Assembly (NCBI GenBank): GCA_001661245.1
Contig: KV454016.1
Span: 730,648-794,647, forward strand
Source: Pachysolen tannophilus NRRL Y-2460
Lineage: Eukaryota
Length of the DNA: 64,000 bases
Direction: 5' to 3'
Both the position numbers and the translations under genes were made by a program. This document shows positions 56,329 to 64,000 of the stretch, one piece after another. Within the stretch, counting starts at the first letter, position 1; each line of letters begins with the position of its first letter. The notes beneath the pieces are model-generated. The model worked only from the letters and a program-made list of their open reading frames with translations, was not told the DNA's origin and did not search any database.

Positions 56329-59300
56329 GGTTTAGATACCAAGTGAACCAAAAAACCAAAATTTATTGTTTCATCTTTTGATCCGCCTTGAATTCAAAAT
56401 TTAATTTAAAAAAGAAATTGTTAAATTTAAATAAATATAATAAATAATGCCGCTAAAACAAAAACCCCCCAAAAAAAAACATTCTTTACAGTGGTTCCTC
56501 TCGGAAAGTACTCGCTCGATCTTATTAAATTTCTTTAGTCTTGAAGTATTTTGTTTTCTTTGAATTGTTGCTTCCAAATCTGCCAATTAGTTAAAAAATA
56601 CAGAGTTTTTAGTTTCTCTAAACTAAAAAATAACCTAAACTGGAAAAGTTTTTTATTTTTTTTTTTTTAACTTCTCGCGCACAGAGTTAAATCAATAGTA
56701 TCAATTTACCGAAATAACGTTGAATTAAAATAGAGTTGAAAATAAGAAGCTTAGCAGCTAAGACAAACCAACGTCGTTAACCAACACCACATATTAATCA
56801 ATTGTAGTTTTATATAATGTATATTTTGAATTCTTATTTATTATTATTGTAACCAATAATACCATTTATATCTTATTAGGCTTTATTTGGCGACTTGCGT
56901 TTTAACCGTTCAGTCAACTTTAAGAGCTCAAAGAAAAACTTCTAACCACGTTTTTAGATAAAAAAAAAAAAAAAAATAGATTTAGTTAGAATGCTTGCAT
57001 TTTAGTTTTTACACTAAAATTATTACAAACTCGATTCTGTACTCATGGAAGCTCTTAGTGCTATTCTTCTTCAGTTTTAGAATTAAATCTTTTGATACAT
57101 AAATCAATTATGCTGTATGTTAGCGTATGTTTTCCGAGTAAAAAATTATGACTACGTAATTTTTTAAATTAAGTAAGAAATGAATAGTCAATTTGTGCAT
57201 GCATCACTAAAATATTACTAGCGAAGTTCAAATTTGAATTAGTAATGAAGCACTAGTATATCAAAAACATAGATGTATCATGGCGTTTCTCCTGTAATAC
57301 AAATTGTCTTCTTTTTTTTTTTATTTTATTTTTATTTTTTATTTTTTACCGCTACAAAACTATTAATAAAAGACATAATTTAATAATTTTTTAAATTACC
57401 TACTTGATTTATGAATTGATTTTTTTTTTTCGCAAAATTACTTAGAGGCATCGATCGATCATCCGAATATGGAAAATTCATTCAATTATATTTTTCTCGG
57501 AAAAAATGTTATTGTCAAGTTGTACCGATTTGCACTTTGATTATCCTACAGTATAATAAAGTTTCGTAAATACTAATACGACTAAGAAAAGTGTACGAAG
57601 CTGGGATAATTACTTTCTTCACAATTTTGACACCATGATGATGAATCAAGTAATTTCCTTCTTAATTTAGAATCGAACTAATTGCTTGTAATTTTTTTTA
57701 ACTAAAAATACATCACCTAGCATGTTAGTTAGAAAGCATTCTTTTAGGCAACTGGGCTGTCAGAAAAAAAAAAAAAAAAAAGATGCTACATTAGTTATTT
57801 AAGGAACTATAGGCCTATTCATCTTTTTAAAAAGGCGTTTTCAATGATGTAGTTAGTGATTTTGTTACTTTCAACTACTAGGTCGATTGAAGAGCAACTT
57901 GAAGCAACGTAAATTACTATAAACTTTCCTGCAGAAGTTTAAAGTTCAAAGATAAATTGTAGACTGTGCATAGAACAATACAAATTGAGCAGATATTATG
58001 CATTCCTTACCAGCAAGGGTGTAACTAGAGTTAATTTAGTAACATTTTTACTACATAAATCTAAGACTCTTCTTTTTTCATTTATTTAACCGGCAGTTTT
58101 TCTAACTGAATCCCGAACTTTTTAAATAAAATAAAAGTCCTGATATAGGGCCGCTTACAGGAGTATTACTTCAAAAGTTTCCAATTCTAGAAATCCAATT
58201 AAAAAATGATACCGATAAATTCAGGTTTCAATTTTTACCTCTATTTGAAAATAAAACTGTATTGGGTGAATGGGATTTAGAAACAAATTAACATAGCATA
58301 GTCAAAGGTATAAGCCTACCGTTAAAATAAAAGCCTTGAGAAAAGTTAAGATTCAAAGATTTTTTTTATTCTGCCAAATAATCCATAAAACAACTCTATG
58401 TACCACTTTGGGGATTACAATACAGCTCAAATGCCGCAGCTTACGTGTTGATTGTTAGGTACCTGGATCATACATCAACATTGGTTTCATAATTGCTTCT
58501 TGCATTCCTTAAAAGAAGTAGCCTACTTTTTGTGCTCATGTATAAAATGCAGCTGTGTAAATAAATAAAAATAAAAAAAAATAGGCTGTACTATTTTTCC
58601 TTGATAAATCGGGTATACTTGAACCGCGAAGAAAAAATTTACAAGAAAAAAATGCTCATTGAATTTTCAAAAAACGTAAATACGATTACGAGTTAAATCT
58701 GATATCATCAGTCTTGCTGCTTTCTTTGACATGGTATAGTAACAACCCTTCCACAAAATGCTAGAATCAATTAAAATCACTAACTTTTGGGCTCTTTTAT
58801 AGGATTCAATCTTAAAACATTATTCAACATGTAAAATGTACAATTCTTTCATCATTATTAAAATGAATCAATCAATTCTCCTTTGATAATAATTTAGTTA
58901 TAAAATTACTATCCTTGAAAAGTTTTTGGCTCTTTTGACACATGACTAAATTATTTTTTTATAATTAGAGAGACTGAGAGACAGACTGACAGACTGACAG
59001 ACAGAGAGAGCAAAAAAAAAAAAAAAAATTAATGGTGTATAAAACATTAGTATTTTTTGCTACCATTATAGGAAACCGAATCATTAAAACTACACATATC
59101 TAATTGATGGATTTCAAGGCTGATTGATAAATGAGAATTTTAAAATGATTTTATATGAAAAACTAGCATAAAAGATGTACCTATACTTATACCTGTACCT
59201 ATACCTATTCAGTTAGGAGTATATAGTACACACTTAAAAATCACCAAAAAGAAAAGAGGAAAATTAACTTTATATGTATGCATGTTTTGCTTAAATCTCT

Positions 59301-62300
59301 TCCAAATTTAGACTTGTACGTGAACTTGCATGTCTGGATGAAGGATCGCCACCACATATTAGAATACTCTGTGAGAAAGTAAACTACCTTTTTGATCTCG
59401 AAAGCATTTTTATTATCAATTAGTGAGTTGATTTTCTACGCTCGCTGATCAATTGAAGCTTTCTTTTTTGATGTGAAAGGCTTTTTAACAAAGCATTTAA
59501 CAAAACAAATCTCTCATTCCTGTCAAATTACCTATTCCAGCTGTATCTTTAAAATCGTTGAAATTGTATCGTTTTTGATCTCCTATTGGAATTTTTTCAC
59601 AAATCAAAAAAAAAAATGGACAGTTCTAATTTTCCATAATTTCCAATTGTGCAATAGAATTAAACTTCTCTCTCCATAAGTTGTGAATTGTATCTAGAAG
59701 CATGGTTCCTGAACGAACAAATTATCAAATCGTACCTAACTAACCCTGAAAAATGGGACTAAATATTAAATAAAAAACCCTTGTAAAGCTCACATGGGTT
59801 ACGCAGAATTTGCTAAACAACCGGAAAAAATGGTATTATTGAAAAAAAAAAAAAAATTCTCGAAACTCTTTGACTCTGATACTAATAATCCGAATTTCGG
59901 GGGTGGACCAAGTTTCCCATTAAGAAGATCTTCTAAATGTTTTTTTTTTTTTTTTCCTGTACTAAATCAATTGATCCGAATATCGATCTACGAAACTACG
60001 GTAATAACTCCAAGATTTAGAACAACTTTAAGACTTCATGTAACCGAGCCCATAATAGAGTTCTTTTTTTTTAATTAGCTTTTTCTATTTCATTTTTTAC
60101 TTGCCACACTAAAATGTAGAATTTAGCTATTAACCATAACACCCGTAATTCTAATGTTGTGGTTTTTGGAGAAAGATTTGTACCGAAAGTCTATCTCATC
60201 AAGATTAGACTGATTATAACTATGCGGAGATAAATATACAATAACAATAACATAAGAACATCATATCCGGACAGGCATATGATGAATTGGCAGATACCAA
60301 AGCAACTATTGTTCAGAGACAGTTTATACCATGTTGGACCAGGTATATCGATCAATATTATGTTTGCTCATTTTACACTATCTGTAAGCAAAACGATTTA
60401 GTAACAAGGATTTTATCTTAATATATAGTTATATAGAAACCCTAATTATATATTTTTTCTATCAATAGATAGCTATTATCTAATTAAATGCATTAAGCGT
60501 TCGATCATAAAGAATAAGCTAACTAGGTTAAAAAAAAAAAAAAAAGTACTTTAGTCAAATTCTACAAATAAATAAATATTTTTTTTCTAAAATTGTCTAA
60601 TATTTGTTAAAGAGCGATATCTTTGATAAATTACAAACAATAATGAATGTAATAAAAAAAAATCTGCTTTTTTTTTTATGTAGGGTACTACTACTCCATC
60701 GAGGTACTCATTAAATAGAACAGCCAAAAAAAATTAATTGGTCTTCAAATCGGATATTCTAAGATTTCAGTTAACTATTTACTCCCTAATTAAAATTTTA
60801 TTAATACCGAAAGCAGGTGGAAACTACAAAAGCATTGATCAACTATAAATATTTATTATTTAACATATTTCAATTATTGGGTATGATTAATTTAAAATGT
60901 GTGTATGAGTGTGTGTGTGGCCTCTGTAGCTTTGCATATGTTGCTATTAATTAGTATATAAAGTAATTCAAAATAATTACCATTATTGGAATTGTACCGA
61001 AGAAGTTAACTTATATTAGTACATTTAATCATCTACTTGTAGACACACCTATTATTTATTTGATTCAATTAACTAATGTAGTGTCAATATTGGCATACTT
61101 GATAAGATATATATTTAGTATGATGTATGTGTCTGTTTGTCTATCTTTTATCACCCTTCAGTTAGAAATAAATTCTCAATAATTATGCTTGGCCTTGATT
61201 TGAGAAATTGAGCAGGAAAATTGAGATATGCAAGTATGATTGAAGTCTAAGTTTTATGCAAAATGCAGCCAGTATTGAGTCTAAGTCTCCTACTATGCAG
61301 GTGCATGAAACTCTCTCTCTTTTTTTATTTTTTGTTTTTTTTGTTTTTTTTTTTGCTACCTTACTATTTTGCTGATGTTGAAATATCAGTATTAATGATG
61401 CTTTTCTTTTTTGTCCCAAAAAAAAAAAAATAGAAAGGAAAAGCCCAGAAATACAAAAATTGAATTTAATATTTTCAGTCTAACGTTCAAATCTTGTTTA
61501 ATTCTCTTTTCTGAGGTATATAATTTGGAAAAGGGTTAATTTTGAACAGTTGTAAAAGTTTGAAGTTTGATTCTTAAAAATTTCCATATTTTGAGTACAT
61601 GTAAGTTGTGTAATAAAAATGGTACAATTGATAATAGCTAATTTATTGAAAAAAAAAAAAATCCTCAAGGAGCGATCGGCTGTCAACCTGTTAATGATTA
61701 CCGTAGAAATACTGCATATAAAAATTTCTTTTTGCATAAACTTTAATGCCTATTCTTTAGTATTTGTACCTTTTTCGATTTCTAGGTAGAATCAATCGAG
61801 TATAATACATTAATATATAAACAAATTTATCATAATTACAACGTAATCGAAATTTCATGGTATATTCTATATATAATATATAATATATATTTATATATAT
61901 ATATATATCAGACCTACCTTGATAAATTTTTTTTTTTTTTTTTTTAGTTCATATTCTTTGAACATTGGTATTATTCATTTTTTTTTTTATATTGTTTCCA
62001 ATTATCAGTTAGAATTTAAGTTTAGATTATTTTTTTCTTGAATTTTTAATACCACTAGAGTTAAATTATAATTTTTTTTTGTTGAATTGATTTCATTTTA
62101 ATTTCAATCTTTATATTATTGTTCTGCTTATTTTTTCTTTATTTTTTTGACGGGGAAAATCTTGATTACCCACAGTCGTTGAATAAGAAGAGTTTAGGAC
62201 TTTAATTATATATATTGTTTTCATTTTTTTTACTTTTTAAGATAGGATCTGTTGTATTACAACGTTATTGCTGTTGTAATACATCAAATTTTAAACTTGG

Positions 62301-62330
62301 AAATCAATTACAACTGTTAATAGGAGGAAT

Positions 62331-64000
62331 ATGTTTTCTAGCGGAATTCCATCATCTCCAGTTTTCGAGATTGAAAACTTTATGAACTATAACAGTAACA
62401 AGAATAACAATGGAGATTTCTTTGACTATGATAATAGCTTTACATTTAACGGTTCAGACTATGGCTTGAATGTCATGATGAACCAGGTTTATGTGAATCC
62501 TAGTTCTATCCCATCGAAACTTTCCACAGCTACTACAACAGTTGCATCAACACAACAAGGTGATTATTTTACTGAGAATTCAATTTTTTTTGATCTGCCA
62601 CCATCTATAGATGAGATTCCAGGAACATCGATTTCTTCTGCTTCATCTTCAACAGAGCTTGAATCGTTAAATTTCAAGTTCATCCAACCACAGGATATAG
62701 TCAATGCTTTCCCATCAGCATCTGCTTGTACACCACCACTTGGTGGTCAATCGAGTAGTTCTCCTAGAAAATTGAGTGTTCCAAATTTTTCATTTAAAGA
62801 ATTGACTGAATTCGAACTTGCACATCACCATAACCAAATACAACAACATCAGCAACAGCTCCAACAACAACTGCAACAATTGCAACAAAAATTCTCTTCT
62901 TCAGTTGAATCCACACCTGTACTGTCGGAATTGGGTCGTTCAATAAGTTCTTTGGTTGATTTGGATGAGGCGCAGTTGTTGTTTTCAAATGAAGACTTGA
63001 TGAAGTCTGAATCATTTGGTGACGAACAAGAAGATATAGATAGCCAACAATGCAGTAGTGGTCTTGATGATCATGAACAAAACGAAGTTGTTGATGCTGA
63101 TGATGAAGGCGAGATCCCAGACATTGTTGAAATTAAAAAATATAGAGTTGTTAGAGGTGTTAGTTCAGGTGGTTGTGCTACTAGACCACCAAAGGAAGCA
63201 AAAAATTCTACTTCTAAATTTGTTAAAGTTAAATTACATTTATCAAACGCTGATGGTAATGAATTATGTTTACCTGAATGGAATCTTTTAGAAAGAGAAG
63301 ATGGTAGAAGAATCATTAGAGTTGAAAGAAGACAAAATAGAGAAAATATAGTTGCAAGTTTCTCTGTTGTTGGTTCTGCTATTGATCATCCAGCCCCTGT
63401 ACCTGCACCTGAAGGTGTTGACGTTGTTGAGGTTTCATGTTTGGAATGCATTGTTGATGAAAACTATGATGATTTCGAAGATGTTTCTTCCGAGCTTGGA
63501 TTATTGTCTGATAATGGCAGTGATCTTATCAACCACAATAATAATCATCACAACAACAGCAACAGCAACATTAATCAAGAAAACTTACTGATGGAAGACT
63601 TTGGAATGGACAAGGAGATAAAGCCATTGGAATCACAAATTCAGCAGCAACCACAACAACATTTAAAAACCGCTAAAAAACTTGCAGGCAAGAAAAACGG
63701 ATCAAAGACAGAATATTACATAACCAGTGTTGAAGTTATTAAAATTGTTGAATTATTAATAGGATCTCAAAAAGCTGATGGTCCAAATAAACGTCGTGAA
63801 AGAGGTAGAATTAGATCAAATTTAGTACCATTTTGGTCAAGAAAACCAGTTTCATCCAAAAAAGGATTATCACCATCAGCTTCACCAATTGAAGTTAGAG
63901 ATTTTAGAATTGAATTGGCTCAAAGAATTATGGGTTACGAAACCAGAAAACCTAGAGGATTTGATAAAGAAGTTAGAATTTTGAAATGGGATAAACTTGT
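62331..64000 (+). CDS. MedA/Medusa-like putative transcriptional regulator, 3'-incomplete (>556 aa)
   Basis: Open frame from ATG 62331 to the window end. S/Q/acidic N-terminus, then PEWNLLEREDGRRIIRVER, VEVSCLEC, YYITSVEVIKIVELLIG, RERGRIRSNL, RIMGYETRKPRGFDKEVRILKW, paralleling the MedA domain (FVTSVD..., RIRRNL, IMGF..PKPRNIEKDVKVF.W). Confidence 0.72.
   Translation, partial: MFSSGIPSSPVFEIENFMNYNSNKNNNGDFFDYDNSFTFNGSDYGLNVMMNQVYVNPSSIPSKLSTATTTVASTQQGDYFTENSIFFDLPPSIDEIPGTSISSASSSTELESLNFKFIQPQDIVNAFPSASACTPPLGGQSSSSPRKLSVPNFSFKELTEFELAHHHNQIQQHQQQLQQQLQQLQQKFSSSVESTPVLSELGRSISSLVDLDEAQLLFSNEDLMKSESFGDEQEDIDSQQCSSGLDDHEQNEVVDADDEGEIPDIVEIKKYRVVRGVSSGGCATRPPKEAKNSTSKFVKVKLHLSNADGNELCLPEWNLLEREDGRRIIRVERRQNRENIVASFSVVGSAIDHPAPVPAPEGVDVVEVSCLECIVDENYDDFEDVSSELGLLSDNGSDLINHNNNHHNNSNSNINQENLLMEDFGMDKEIKPLESQIQQQPQQHLKTAKKLAGKKNGSKTEYYITSVEVIKIVELLIGSQKADGPNKRRERGRIRSNLVPFWSRKPVSSKKGLSPSASPIEVRDFRIELAQRIMGYETRKPRGFDKEVRILKWDKL

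Noticed and set aside
56400..61700. Recurrent CCGA/TCGG as CDEIII-like point-centromere or zinc-cluster array
   Set aside because: About 18 occurrences in 5.3 kb is not clearly above chance for this composition, and there is no CDEI-CDEII-CDEIII layout.

Overview
AT-rich budding-yeast (Saccharomycotina) nuclear DNA with about 28 protein-coding genes, a tRNA-Gly(UCC) and the nuclear RNase P RNA gene. In-frame CTG codons fall at positions that are conserved Ala in orthologues (PRP43, chitin deacetylase, NHA1, PCS60, LOG1). This indicates the CUG-Ala genetic code (Pachysolen tannophilus or a relative; inferred), so the supplied translations misread CTG as Leu. The ORF track misses or truncates several genes: spliced SHM1, HFL1, MCO6 and OM14, an AIM23 and a GOR1-like gene each broken at an A9 run, and a MedA/Medusa-like regulator running off the right end. 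Most notable non-coding observations: (1) an enlarged (~515 nt) RNase P RNA with a tRNA-5'-end-like A-box leader and a perfect B-box lying downstream of its terminator; (2) an A31 tract after NAB2 matching the known Nab2 autoregulatory element; (3) two divergent genes whose start codons are 31 bp apart; (4) a Tbf1-type inverted TTAGGG site at RPS2; (5) a 6 kb gene-free interval. Both N-gaps look like assembly artefacts. Gene identities come from remembered motif similarity, not database searches.
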